A stretch of DNA of 64,000 bases from Macrostomum lignano. Its lineage: Eukaryota. Positions 1-28,871 of the stretch are shown here, piece by piece. The notes below the pieces were generated by a model. That model did no database searches and was not told where the DNA came from. It saw nothing but the letters and a program-made list of their open reading frames with translations. The stretch spans positions 228,506 to 292,505 of the forward strand of contig NIVC01000288.1 in the NCBI GenBank assembly GCA_002269645.1, in the 5' to 3' direction. The translations under genes were made by a program, and so were the position numbers. How positions within the stretch are numbered: the first letter of the stretch is position 1; every line of letters begins with the position of its first letter.

Positions 1-942
1 CTTCTGTCAAAAAACTAACCAAACCTTTATTTTCCTTACTACGAGTATGAAACTGGTTAGACAGCGGCAACCAAATCCCACACCAATTATATGTTAGCTC
101 CCAACGGAAAACTGAAAGCAGAGAACGCAAAAAAACAGACAACATTCAACGACTTAATTAACTGACATTGCTTTCTCAAAAGCAAATCAAGAAAGCAGAT
201 TTAAGAAAGTAGATTCAGATGAAGTAGATTACGGAGAAGTGACACGTCGGAGCTAAGGGAAATCTTACAAAATCCTGTTATGGTTGTACAAGAGGTCAAG
301 CCGTCCCTCAACCCCTGTAGTGGTGGTGTGTAGTCACCAGTCTCTCGTGACTAGTTCTCAGTCTAGTCTGTTATTCTCCCAGCATCATGGGATGCTGAAC
401 AAATTACACAGACAAGGAAGCCTTCATGAAGCAATCTTCCGTATATAAGTTTGTAGGCTCCCTCTGGGCCAAATATCGGTTTCAAAACTAGAAAGGCCCC
501 AGCTGACTCGTTATCTCTATATGGACTGGAAAAGGGTCACTGTGTTTTCGTAGGACAAGAAGATGACGTAATGCGGAAGTTATCCTTAAAGGAAGAAAGA
601 AATGGCAAACTCAAAAAACACACAGGAGGAGGCGCGGCTCTCACTCTCTGCAACAGCAAGAGTTTTTCACCCTCCAATAAGCAAAACATATAAGAATATA
701 TAGGTTTGCCTTGTCCAGGTAAATATCGAACCAAACACCAATAATTTCACTCAGGTGCCCAGTTGAACGGAAATCTTTCTTCTTAGTGTAAGACTGAAGT
801 AAGTTATATGCGTAAGACCAGGAATAATAAACTTTCGTATGAATTTCAAGCAGTCTAGCTTTATATAGCTCAAGTCTAAAGTTTACTAAAAGCTTAAAAC
901 GATAAAATTAAAAGCTTCATCTGTGCAACTGTACACAGATCC

Positions 943-2130
943 TAAACTTCACAAACCCTAAACTTCACAAACCCTAAACTTCACAAAATCAAACTTCACA
1001 AACCCTAAACTTCACAGATCCTAAACTTCACAAACCCTAAACTTCACAAACCCTAAAATTCACAAAATCTAAACTTCACAAACCCTAAACTTCACAGATC
1101 CTAAACTTCACAAACCCTAAACTTCACAAACCCTAAACTCCACAAACCCTAAACTTCACAAACCCTAAACTTCACAAACCCTAAACTTCACAAAATCTAA
1201 ACTTCACAAACCCTAAACTTCACAAACCCTAAACTTCACAAAATCAAACTTCACAAACCCTAAACTTCACAGATCCTAAACTTCACAAACCCTAAACTTC
1301 ACAAACCCTAAACTTCACAAACCCTAAACTTCACAAACCCTAAACTTCACAAAATCAAACTTCACAAACCCTAAACTTCACAGATCCTAAACTTCACAAA
1401 CCCTAAACTTCACAAACCCTAAACTTCACAAACCCTAAACTTCACAAACCCTAAACTTCAAAAACCCTAAACTTCAGAAACCCAAATTCAACAAACCCTA
1501 AAATTCACAAGCCCTAAACTTCACATACCCAACTTCACAGACCCGAAACTTCACAGACCCAACTTTACAAAGCCTAAACTTCCCAAACCCTAAATTTCAC
1601 AAACCCTAAATTTCACAAACCCTAAACTTCACAAACCCTAAACTTCAAAAACCCTAAACTTCACAGACCCTAAACTTCACAAACCCTAAACTTCACAAAC
1701 CCTAAACTTCACAGACCCTAAACTTCACAAACCCTAAACTTCACAAACCCTAAACTTCACAAACCCTAAACTTCAAAAACTCTAAACTTCAAAAACCCTA
1801 AACTTCACTAAACCCTAAACTTCACAAACCCTAAAATTCACAAGTCCTAAACTTCACAGACCCTAAACTTCACAAACCCTAAACTTCACAAATCTAAACT
1901 TCACAAACCCTAAACTTCACAAACCCTAAACTTCACAAACCCTAAACTTCAAAAACCCTAAACTTCACAAATCTAAACTTCACAAACCCTAAACTTCACA
2001 AACCCTAAACTTCACGAGCCCTAAACTTCACAGACCCTAAACTTCACAGACCCAACTTTACAAACCCTAAACTTCACAAACCGTAAAATTCACAAGCCCT
2101 AAACTTCACAAACCCTAAACTTTACAGACC
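943..2130. repeat. 16-bp tandem satellite (AAACCCTAAACTTCAC)n
   Basis: About 70 imperfect copies read directly; recurring variants AAAATCAAACTTCAC and AGATCCTAAACTTCAC. Confidence 0.95.
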
Positions 2131-5100
2131 CCAAATCATAGGCATCACGAGTTACTTTAGACTGCTACAATCTTGAGCTTCAAACACAGAGGTTTCTAGT
2201 TCTTTTAACGAAAACCCTGAGCTGAGGATAAGCTGAGCTTCAACGAGAAAACCGCTTGAGCACGCGATTGGACTCATTGAAGCGAGCAGGTTATACACTA
2301 TAGCAAGCTAACTAATTAATTTGATACAGACAGCGAAAGTTAGTTAAAGACTAAAGAAAAAAGGCTTCGACACTAAAAAAGTAGAAAGGATCAAAAAACA
2401 TAACGTAATAGCTGTTGCTATGCTAAATATAGACATAGACAACCCAGTTGAATAGACTACAGTAGACTGTTTGCTAAGACATTGTCATTACGCAATCGAT
2501 AGTTTATATATACTCTCGTAATGCTATTCTGTTTACAAACAGACGAGTATTCATGTCATGCAGTCGCTGTGTGCTGTTTAAAATTTTAGCTATAATATAT
2601 ATTGAGAGACTCCAGATTCTGTACAGCGATTAGATCTCATTGATGACTGACTGAATTCGATGCTACAATACGATACCATGATCTCTCTTTATTTTTCTTC
2701 AAAGATAGAAGCGAATAAAATGAAAACGGAAGTTAACAAAAAAACTCCGCCCTACCCTACCGCGCCTCACTGCCTGAGCCTTCAACTTCGCCTACAACCC
2801 AAAAAGATGAGATGAGATGAGATGACTCACCGTTTAAAGACGCCAACATCCATATACTATTTTCCAAACTTAGACTAACCTTTAACCCCCCTCCGCCTTC
2901 TATGATAGATGCGCAGGATGTGCTGTAGCCAAAAGCAAAGCGGTTGAAATCAAAAGGCCTCTTTTTAAATAATGGCGACAAGCCGTTTAACCATAAACTT
3001 AATATACGTTTAGGGCGGATCTCTTAGCACGCAATCAATCAATAGGGCGCTATTTGCCGTCTTATAATACAGAGGCCGGATAGTGGAGACTTTGAAGGCG
3101 TTTGTGCAAGCAGTTTTTCAAAACTTTTCTTTCATATTTGAAGAGAGAAGAACTTCCTTGACCTGATTTTTAGTGGTTGGTTAGTACTAAAATGTTACAC
3201 GTTCATAGTTAAATTATATGATTGTATCCAGTCAAACGAAAAGCATACTTGTAATATTTACTAAACAAAATAGTCTTCCCAACAGCCTACCAAGGAGTTA
3301 CATGTACAAGCCGCTCTAAACCAGATCTGTAAAATTGACCATTGTTGAACAAAAAAATGGATGCAGCTGCTGAACAGCCAAGTTAAACCTTCGGGATGAC
3401 CTGATAATGACAGGTTTAGAAATCTTTCACAACTACAGACAGTTTAATGAAAAAATTACCAAAGGAAAAGCTATGAACTGCCTATAATCCATATGCCGGC
3501 CTCTAAAACATGCGAGGAATGCGCCACAGAGGAAGCAAAAATGGAGTAATCTTGTCGTGTTTTGTCAAAATTCTGCCTGTAGCAATCAGCCATGGCGTAC
3601 TAAAACAGTTAGCAAATATCTGGTTTGGAAACCTTTTCAAAATGCTAAGCCTAGTACTCGTACTGAGCCACCTGCATTGTTTCACATCCTGCAAGCCAAC
3701 CAACATCTTTGTCGTATTCTGTAGAACGCAGCGTGTGGTCTAACTAAATTTTTTCGGAACTAAATAACAATACAATACGAAATGTAAAAACAAAAGCTAA
3801 GTAAAAAATGAAAAAATATTCGTTACATACTTTATACAAAATGGTAGCAAGTTTATAGAAGCTATATAATTATTTACTTCATGTATTCTAAAAGGTCTGG
3901 TTGGGTGGTCTAAGCCCGGCTAAAAGCCAAGGACACTCTGATCCAGATATCTGGATAGGAAATGATCGAGACATCAGGTATTTTGTTTAACCGTAAAGGA
4001 ATTTCAAATGCGAAAGAAACGTGTTTATTTCTGGTGATAATCTAAAACTTTTTATGAAGGTTTTGCATCGGGGTGCCCACAGGCCTCACGCGAATATTTA
4101 TTTTTGTGTATTAACATATTGCTATATACCATAAGCTATCGATGTTAAGACAAATTTCAATGAAGACTTCCCTACACCAGATTCCTCATTTAAGATCACC
4201 CTTCGACTCTATCTTTCCCTTAGGGAAGAAAGCGAAAAGGGTTCCCCGCAGGGGGGAGGGGGCTTAAAACTCGTCTCTATGTATAAGACCGCCACCGCAT
4301 GAAAGAGAAAGCCTTCCTCCGAACCGCTCTAAATTTGTTGGGCAATCGCCATTCGTTTGAATACAGACACACAGTTCAAAGTTGTTAGAGAAGACAGATA
4401 TTCTTCACAGCATCTTCAACGTTTAACTAATCATAATCCTATAGATTAATTTTATTCCCGTGGGAGTATTATACGCGCTAGTTTTGTTACTAAAACTATC
4501 TAGGCTAAAACATTTCTGTTGTCAAGGTTACACAACCCCTACACCTTGAGGCGTTAAATTTTCTATATTACAGTTCTATTCCTTCAGCTATAATATTATT
4601 ACGTTAGACATGTAACAGGTCCAAACCTATTTGCATCCGATGCCAGAACAGTCGCATACCCTGAGGCGATTCAGTTTTGGCCTCTGAATAATTATAATAG
4701 CCAACCTATGGGATGACGACTCACCCAATTGCGTCACTAAACCCCCCCCCCCCTGTCTCCTCTCAGCTCTTCAGATCCAGAAAAGGAAGACACTCACGAC
4801 CCTCGCCAGATGGGTTTAGAAATCTTCCCAGAAAAATCCCCTTATCATATATTAGAGCGCTTCCTCCATATAGTTACAGCACGAATAATATTCGAAATTT
4901 TGCCATAATTTTAATGACGAGGCAAAAAAATGGAACCCAGCGTAATTCTACCTGCATTTGTGACTTTAATTTCAGGGGTTTGTAGCCAATTTGGCTCTCA
5001 TCCCCCAATATTTCAAGGATATTACATCATCGTTAAATTTCGAAAATTCAACGGGCAACGCACAGAACAAAATCTGAAACCCCGAAATGATTGAGCAGCT

Positions 5101-6966
5101 CATCAAGATTGCCTCCTCCCACATGTTGCTACTTGCTAGATGTCAAGTAGGTCTCTTAATTAACATTGCAGGTGAATCAAATATGTTCAATAACATTTTT
5201 ATATAGCTACTAGCTGGGTCAATTCAGGTGAAAAGCAAGGAAAGAGGGAAATTAGAAATTATAATGTTTATGATTTCATAAATTACTGGGCTAGTTACAT
5301 CTTCAGCTCAGCAATCTTCAGTTCAGAATAGGGGTATAACAATGTTAACTGAGAGGCTTCCACTAATTGTTGCATCCCACATCCCATGGAGACAACGAAA
5401 CCTCAACAATTTGAGGTTAACCAAACTGATAATTATAGTTGGAGCAAGAATTGAGAATTGAGCTCAAATGCCTCCTGGCGCTTGTTTGTTCAGAGCAATT
5501 ATAGCATTAGCCTGTCTCTGATGACCTGTCATTCTTTCTGCATATTCTGCATATAAATATAGCTTCTTGTTGCAAAGTGTACTGCGTACTCGCACTGCTG
5601 GATAGATGATTTGGTTAAAGAGAATGCTGTGTATACTACATGGCATCTCTGATTTGTTTGATATCCCCATCCCCATATCCCCATTATAATTACCAGATTT
5701 TCATTACACCATTACTACGAGTATCTCCCAATTACACTTATCCCATGTCCTCATTACACCATTTTCATCTCACTATTACACTTATCCCATGTCCTCATTA
5801 CACCTTTCCTATCTGATTACACATTTCTATAGTTCGATACCTTCACTAGTCCTTTGTTCGAAAACAATCAGTCATTTGTCACTCTTTAATCCATCAATCA
5901 ATCAAAACTTCACTGATCCCTAGTCATTGGAATTTTTTTGAGAAAGGAAAAATTTTACAAGACTTTTTCACTTGAGCTTTCTAGAGATTTCATTCTTTCT
6001 TGAACAATATAGAGACACAATAGACTATAGAAAATAGGAGAGGTGAGAAGATGACATCAGGATGCTACTCGACACGGTCTAGAACACTACTTAAGAGTCG
6101 ATTCATTTATTACTCTACTCAATAATTACGCAACAACTGCAGACTAAGAAGCGGAGTCACTAACTCCAGATTTACCAGTATAAGGGAAACGAAACTAAAA
6201 GAGATTCTGCTTCCAGAGAGAAAAAAATCGATGCAGACATATCAATAGCCATTTTTTGTCCGTGGGCCCAGTTGTATGAAAAATTTCTATGGAATTGCAA
6301 AACTTGCTAATTAGACTTGCGTCAATCAAATGAATTCTATATCCCTCTTATGCTGCTCTTCTAGGAGCAGAGCAAAGCAAGAACAGCAAGAAGAGGAGTG
6401 CCGGAGATCTGACTGTTATTAACTGGCACGCTCGTCAATTTAAAAGAGAAAGACGCCCCCCGGACCCCTGCTACAAGCAGCAGCTCTTGAGACTCGCCAA
6501 CCACTCGGGTTGGGGGGAGCTGGTGAAGCCAGGACTCAGGAATCGACTGTGTGAAATGCGATCCGCCTCTCTTTCTTTCACGGCGCACCTCAGTCACTCC
6601 TTCGCCTTCTCCTGGGTCGTCTTCATGGACTCCTTTGAACTAAACTGGACTATCTACGGAAAAGAGTAGATACAGTGGATACTCCCGCAAATCAGTGATG
6701 CCCCCCTTTCCGCTGACTCCTAAACACATACAAGGGCGCCAATACTGTACGCAGGTACACAATCGTACACACGCTCAGAGGGTGTGCAAAGGCCCTCTTC
6801 GACTTACTAATGGTTTATCAAAGCAATTCATGTTACATCTCACATTGTTCACCTGCTTTTAGTTTGTTCTTTCCAATCCAGGTGAGTTCTAGTTCTAGCA
6901 GTCCCTGGTCCTATCTAAGGCTCTCATCTTATCTCTATGTCTGTCTATAGGAGAAAAACAAGTCCT

Positions 6967-7344
<378 letters not shown>

Positions 7345-8031
7345 GTTTGAGCCTGCCTGTGTGCGTATCTGTGGTGTATGCTCTCAGGCGTCAGCAGAAG
7401 ACGCTGGTTGACAGTCGATCGGCTATAACTAATAAGCCTTGCTTAAGTAAAATTTTCCTCCATCCTTAAATCTTCTTCCGCATCAGAGAGTCACCGCCAG
7501 TGAAAAAGAGATCGTGGAACAGTTAGATGGCCGCTACAAAGCCTATAAACGTGCATTTAGCAACCTTCCACAAGACGCGGCCATGTTTGTAGCAAGACAA
7601 TTTACTGCCAGAAAGAAACTAGGCTTTTAGTTGTCGCGATTGCCGGCTTTGAATTCGCGTGTCCGATGGTGACCTGACCAACCATCCACTGTCCGCCTTA
7701 ATGTTGCCTCTCTTTGACCCGATTTTATGCTAGTTAACTCCCGCGATGCTGCACCTCGTTGTCGGTCTTCCCTCCCTCGTTTTCTACAAGATTTCCTGCG
7801 ACTTCTTTTTTCTTCTTTAGGGGGACACAATCTTTCTGTCGCTACTCAATTATGATACTTCGTTTGTTAAAAAAAACAATTTGTAACATTCACAGCAAGA
7901 TGCAGTAAAGCAAGAAGATGGAAAAGAATTCAATAATCAAACAAACAGGATACTTGAAACCAAATAGATATTATGAGATCGGTATTGAATAAATAAGAAG
8001 AATTGAAACAAACAAATAAAAAAAGACTCAC

Positions 8032-23111
<15,080 letters not shown>

Positions 23112-23450
23112 TGTTGCTCTACGACTGCAGAGGACTGACCCAGTCTACTGCAACTCGGTAGTTCGCTTCAATTTGGGTTTTTTCAATCGTTCTGCAGAAC
23201 CAGCGGCATGCAAAAAAGATTGGAATTTATGGCCGATTTTTTATACTTTGAAAGCATTGGCAGTTTCGCTTAGCCAATAGAATTAGCAGAGATTTTTCAG
23301 GCAATAGGAAACCAATTGCTAGATATTTAAATAACTGGAGTCTGGATGAAAGCATCTCACAGGCGAACTACACTACTGATAAGTAGGATAAATAGTGCAT
23401 ATTTGGACTATTAATTCTAGAGCAATCAGTTTCTGTCGAACTGTCTATTG

Positions 23451-23642
23451 CAGGGGTCGGCAAACTCCAGCCCACGGACCTCTCCTCTCCCTTCATCAAT
23501 TTTATCTTTTTTCTCCTTTATTCCCTCACTTTATCTCTCCTATTTTCTTCCCTTTTCTCTTCTCTTCTCCCCCATCATCTGGCCTATAGTCTTCGCTAGC
23601 TTCTCTATTTGTCCATTGTGTTAAAAAGTTTGCAAATCCCTG
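23451..23642. mobile_element. hAT-type MITE relic
   Basis: Left end CAGGGGTCGGCAAACT, right end AGTTTGCAAATCCCTG (13/16 inverted match); flanks GTCTATTG and GTCTATCT fit a decayed 8-bp TSD. Confidence 0.6.
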
Positions 23643-24705
23643 GTCTATCTAGTGCGATTTGACCCTTAACCTTCAGCTATGGCTAAGTTCAAATCTCGGC
23701 TACAAAAGGGATTTTATAGCCTATTTGTCATATCAACAATGTTAGTCATTGTAGCATTTCTATTAAAGGACTCTCTAGTAGGCCTAAAGAAAGTCATCTA
23801 AGGTAAAGTAGCTTGCTAACAATGAAAAATATATAAGCAAAAAAATAAACATACCAACTATTCTATTAATCAATATGCTATCATTATTTTGCCAATGTAT
23901 TTTGTCCATTGTGCCTGCGGACATCATTAAGGCTAATTAAATTAATAATATACTACATAATCAAAATTGTCTAATTGTCTAATTCTTTGTGGGTTAAAAT
24001 GCAAAGTTGGTGATTATGACCTGTCACCTAACATGGCAAGCTAGTTTTTAGCCTTCTAATAAGCTACCTTTGATATTATTATATTATAATATAGCCTTGA
24101 TCATTTTATACACTTTGTCTTTAGTTTAGCATTACAGCAGTTATTGCAACTAAGCAAATGTTTATTGATAGCAGAGTTTTTCAAATTTTATGTATAGGTA
24201 TTATTAGGTTTTTCATTTGTAATGTAGGAAACACTCTAGTCACTAGAAAAAAGAGCAAATAAGCATTTTTTAAATAAGGCCCAGCTATAACTATATCTAT
24301 ACTGATTCAAATGCATTGGCAATAGAATATAGTATATTATTAGAATGGAAACTGGAAAATGAATTCCATCTATTGTAGTATTGTATTTGTTTTAACATAA
24401 ATAATAAATTATTAGAAGCATTGCCTGTTCAAACAGTTCAAGTACCATACATATTAGGCTTAATATTAATACTAAGTCCAAGTGTGAAAACGCTTTAAAA
24501 CTGTAATTCAAAAAAGAGAATATAAAATTTGAAAGAGCCTTTACATCTCAGTCTCTAAATCTATTGCCCCGATTGCCGATTGGTAGATGGGGAGATGTCT
24601 GTCAAACTTCAGTTAAATATTTGATGAATTTGTCATCCTATATATTAAAAACAAAATCGACCAATACGTTTATTATAGGATCTAGCTAGGTATGTGATTG
24701 ATGTG

Positions 24706-24818
24706 GTAGTGGCGGATCCATGGGAGGCAGGGTGGCTGCCCCCTAATTTGCTGTCGCCAATCTGCCACCCGCCCCCTTCCCTAATTTAAAAATCCTGATT
24801 GCTGATTCCACCGCTGAA
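24706..24818. mobile_element. Small MITE-like element with AGTGGCGGATCC...GATTCCACCGCT ends
   Basis: Imperfect terminal inverted repeats around a GC-rich core in AT-rich DNA. Confidence 0.4.
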
Positions 24819-26127
24819 ATGCAGTTAAAGAATACCCTGGATTATAGAATTTAGTTTCAAACTCATTTTCTTAAAGAGCTAAACTTGCGTACCAGATTTT
24901 TAGCTGTAAACCAAATATAATACTGCTATAAGTCAATTTTATATCGGAGAAACACCCTGACCTGTAGACCCAAAACCGACATAGGCTGACTAGTTGAAAA
25001 ATTTGAAATAAGGAAGTGAAGCAAGTTTTGCTGATCCACTAAAGTTTTGACTAATACAATAAAATACAGTTAACTGCAAAAAATTCCTAAGCAGTATTTT
25101 TAAAAGTATTCTGACTGCTATTTTTTGTTGAGAAACATGAAAAGTTGTTTGAAGTAGCTTATAATTCAAACCGTTGCTAAAACGAATTAATACATGTACT
25201 ATCAATTTAAATGATATGTCTATTCTCCCGTCCGTTTATTCAACTCTTTAATTATCTATGAAATTGGTTCCAGTAATAAAGAGAGCCATAGACGTATCTT
25301 ATAGTCACAGCAATTGTCTTACCCACTAATGTAACAAGCTTTGTACATTACTAGCACATGTGCTTTTTATTACTTGCATTTCATTTAATTAAATTTACTG
25401 ATTATTACAGGTCAATTTACATGTAAAAAACAAAAATTTGGAAAATTTTCCATGCAATGTATTTTCCCGTCCTTCTACTTGTGTAGTCGACCTTGTATTT
25501 ACTCTGTAGAAACTGCATGTGGTGCACTTTAAATTATTGATGAGGACGCACTTTTTCCCAAATCCCGCGCTAGCACATGGGCTCTAAACTTACTTGCCTA
25601 CTAAGAGTGGGCAGTGGGCATTTTTATCCTTTTTCTGCGAATTTTCAGAGAATCTATACTAGATATAATGTCTGGCCATACTAGTAGTCATAATAACATA
25701 GGCGCAGCTTTTTGGGTCGTAAATCATCGCTTTCGAAGCTGATCTGACAGCCACCTGCGCCTCACTCAGTGTTGAAGCGGGCGCCAGATGGTCTGAGAGG
25801 ATGCGGGCGGTAGCTTTTTTTCTCATCATTTTGACAGGCCATCAAGATTTATGAGGTCAGAGCCTATTGTTCGGATTCACTCAAGCGTGTGACAGCTTTG
25901 ACAGCTATGCGTTGTACCCCTAAAAGTACCTTGGGATTAGCGATTAGCGATTTCTCTTCATTATCTTCACTTTCTATTTAATAAGAGCTTTCTAATGTAT
26001 ATTTTTTCATTAATTTCTGTCAATCCTACGCGAAAAGTCATAAATCATTTTGTTGCGATTTTGAGTGATTTATGGCCGCACCTGTCATCTTTTTACGACC
26101 TTGTGGGAACTGATAGGATCTCTCGGT

Positions 26128-26258
26128 CACGTGATTCTGGGTAGCAACGAGCTTAGCCAATCAGAAAATTCGGCGCTCATTTTAACAAAACGGCTCAGCC
26201 AATCAGAATCGACGTGTTCCGTTATAACAAACTGCGGTCCAGTTGGCGGCTATTTAAA
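26128..26258 (+). promoter_or_regulatory. Promoter-like motif cluster: E-box, two CCAAT boxes, TATA-like box
   Basis: CACGTG 26128-26133; AGCCAATCAGAA at 26155 and 26197; TATTTAAA at 26251; no downstream gene identified. Confidence 0.35.
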
Positions 26259-28871
26259 CCGGAGTTTTTGGCCCGCTCGGACGCTACTTCTTCTTACTTT
26301 GGCTCGGGCCCAGCGCGCAGCTTCTGGTTCCCGGAGCACGACCGTCGTTTCTTGATCCCCGGATTGCAACTTCCCCCATCATCATCAAGGACGAGTCCCC
26401 CGGTCGACAGCAGCGAACATCCAGTTAAGAGCATCACCTGCTAGCTAACAGCGAAGATTGTGACAGCATCATCCCGAGTCTACAGCTGCAGAGCATCGAG
26501 CCGATTCGGTCACTGTGGAATACCTGGTCTCCGGCTGTTGAGTTTCTGATTGGTTGGGTGAGAGGCTACCTAGACTTGCTTGATTGGGTGATCCCTTTTC
26601 TGTCCCCTGTTGCAGTAGCTGAATTAGGCGCACACTTTTGCTCATTTTGTTCAGTAGTGCTGTTGCTGAGGCAGGAATCATTCAATAATACTGCTAGTAG
26701 TCTAAGACTCCAATTCAATCTAAAGTGTGAAGTGAACTAAGGAGAAGGTTAAATCTAACAGTTATCTTTGTCGGCTTTATTTCTTTGTTCGCCGATGGCT
26801 CGGATGAGTAGCTAAGCTAGTAGGCGCCGGTCACAGTGGACCAATGGCAAGGCAGTTCTCAGTCGACCAATCTAACAAATCAGTGAGCAAAACTGCCAAA
26901 AGTGCAGAATCGGCGCCAGAGATGTACTTTGTGCACTCTAGGGTAGCCAAGCGGCTCGGGTAAATGAATCATGCGGTCTCTGAAGTTCGAGTTAGCCTAT
27001 CATCAGCGCTATGAGAGGCTAGTTGGCGCGTTGAAGGCTAAAAGTACATATCTTCGTATTTAGCAATGTAATAGTACATGTAGCTACCCCATAGACTCGC
27101 CACTGCAAGAATCCCCTGCACAAGTCCCCTCTGTACCTGCATGGCCAACGCGATCTAGTCCCAGCAGTGTCCCTTATCATCGGCTATGACTTCGAGATTG
27201 ACAGCAAAAAGACACTAGTTGGCAGGTAAGTGCAAAGCCCCTTCTAGTCGGAAGCCCGATTTCGAGAGTCCCGGTGTGGTGAGCCAGGGCGCACGGGCTG
27301 GTGGCAGCAAGTTAGTTGATCTGCGGATTAGCTAATTTCTACTTTCAAAATTCTCCCTGCTCGTCTCTCGCTGTCCCTCTCTTAGCTATAGGACCTAGAC
27401 TGCTCGCCACACGATCAAGCTACCATGGGGCTGACCATCTGACAGGAGTGGGGGGCCAGGTCTCTAATTGATTTATTTCTGAGCCTGAGGCCCGAAGGCT
27501 TCCCTAACAAGAAGCCCGAAGGTCGAAACCCATCATTATCTATACCTTTGCGAAACATAAAATACTCGACCGTAGCGATATTCATTACTGTGGCCGGGGC
27601 AAAATTTTTTAGAGTCCTACCTACTGATCTACACTCATCATTTATTACTTGTTTTGAGGCCCTTTTTGGCGTCAGAAGCGGTAGTCACGTACGGGTAGTA
27701 TCGGTGCTTTCGACATTTTTTTCTCAACTTTTGACATGCAAAAAATGCTTGCAGTTTTTGTTCTGGTTTCCTACAGGTGTCTGGCAGCTCTAAAACAGAT
27801 CTGCTGTCCTATCGTTTACCCCCCCCCAAAGTGCCCTAAAACTTAGCCCAAAACTTTTTTATTCTTTCCCTGTGGAATCTCATATACATGTACAATACGT
27901 GTACATGTACCGATCTGGATTGCAGCCAATTCGCGTTGGACGTAGTACAAAAGAATATATCTTATTCTAATTCCAAATCAACGAATTTGGATACGAGAAA
28001 ATTAACCCAGAGCAGGGTTATATAACTCCAGGACTCGACCTACACATATACCCAGCTAGCTACTATATAACTAAAAGTTCAAATTTGCATACTGCAAGTA
28101 GCTCGTATGTGTGTACACTGCAAAGTCTGCATTTTTATTAGGTCTTCATGCAGCTACTGAAAAGTAGAAACTATCGACTGTAGGGCCAGGCCAACTGCAG
28201 GACATAACCAAGCTGGAAACTGTATGCAATATGAGCATTGTAAAATTGTCTCAGCCTGTATACATGTACACGGATGGACATGTCGAAAAAACAACGTTTC
28301 TTGATGAAATAAATCTCTTTGCCGCGCAGTCGAGCACACTTGAGCTAGTCAGCAACTCTTTGCTTTATTAATATACTTATGTACATCTTTTTATGTGCAC
28401 CTATCAAGCTCAAATCATTTTTGTCTTTCATTCGTCACAGCTTCTAAAAGTATATATCTCACGCTGCCACGCAAAAACTGGGGAAAATGCTAACACACAT
28501 TCCGTGGGCGTAAAAGCTTTCAATTCAAGGTAAATAGCAATAACTACATTTACCTGCTGACTAAGAGTGTCAAAAACATTTACTTATTGTCATTAACAAA
28601 AAATCGCAAATGAAATCTGTGCAAATTTGTTCACGCAGGGTTAGACTGGGTAATTTAGAACATTTTTTGTCGCTGAAAGCTAAAAGCTTGGTAAACAAAT
28701 ACCCAAACTGTATTATTGGTGCCTTTAGAAGCAAGAACGAAAGACGTGCTGAAAGCAACGTTGCTATGGTAGATAATGGGACTAAACAATGCATATAATA
28801 AATGCATTGATCAGCTGCATCTAGCTAGAAGCAATTTTATTACTAAAAAGTTCCATCAACACAAATCAAGG

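Noticed and set aside
27478-27535. Second hammerhead-like string (CTAACAAGAAGCCCGAAGGTCGAAAC)
   Set aside because: The core is degenerate and no helix I partner or cleavage triplet fits.
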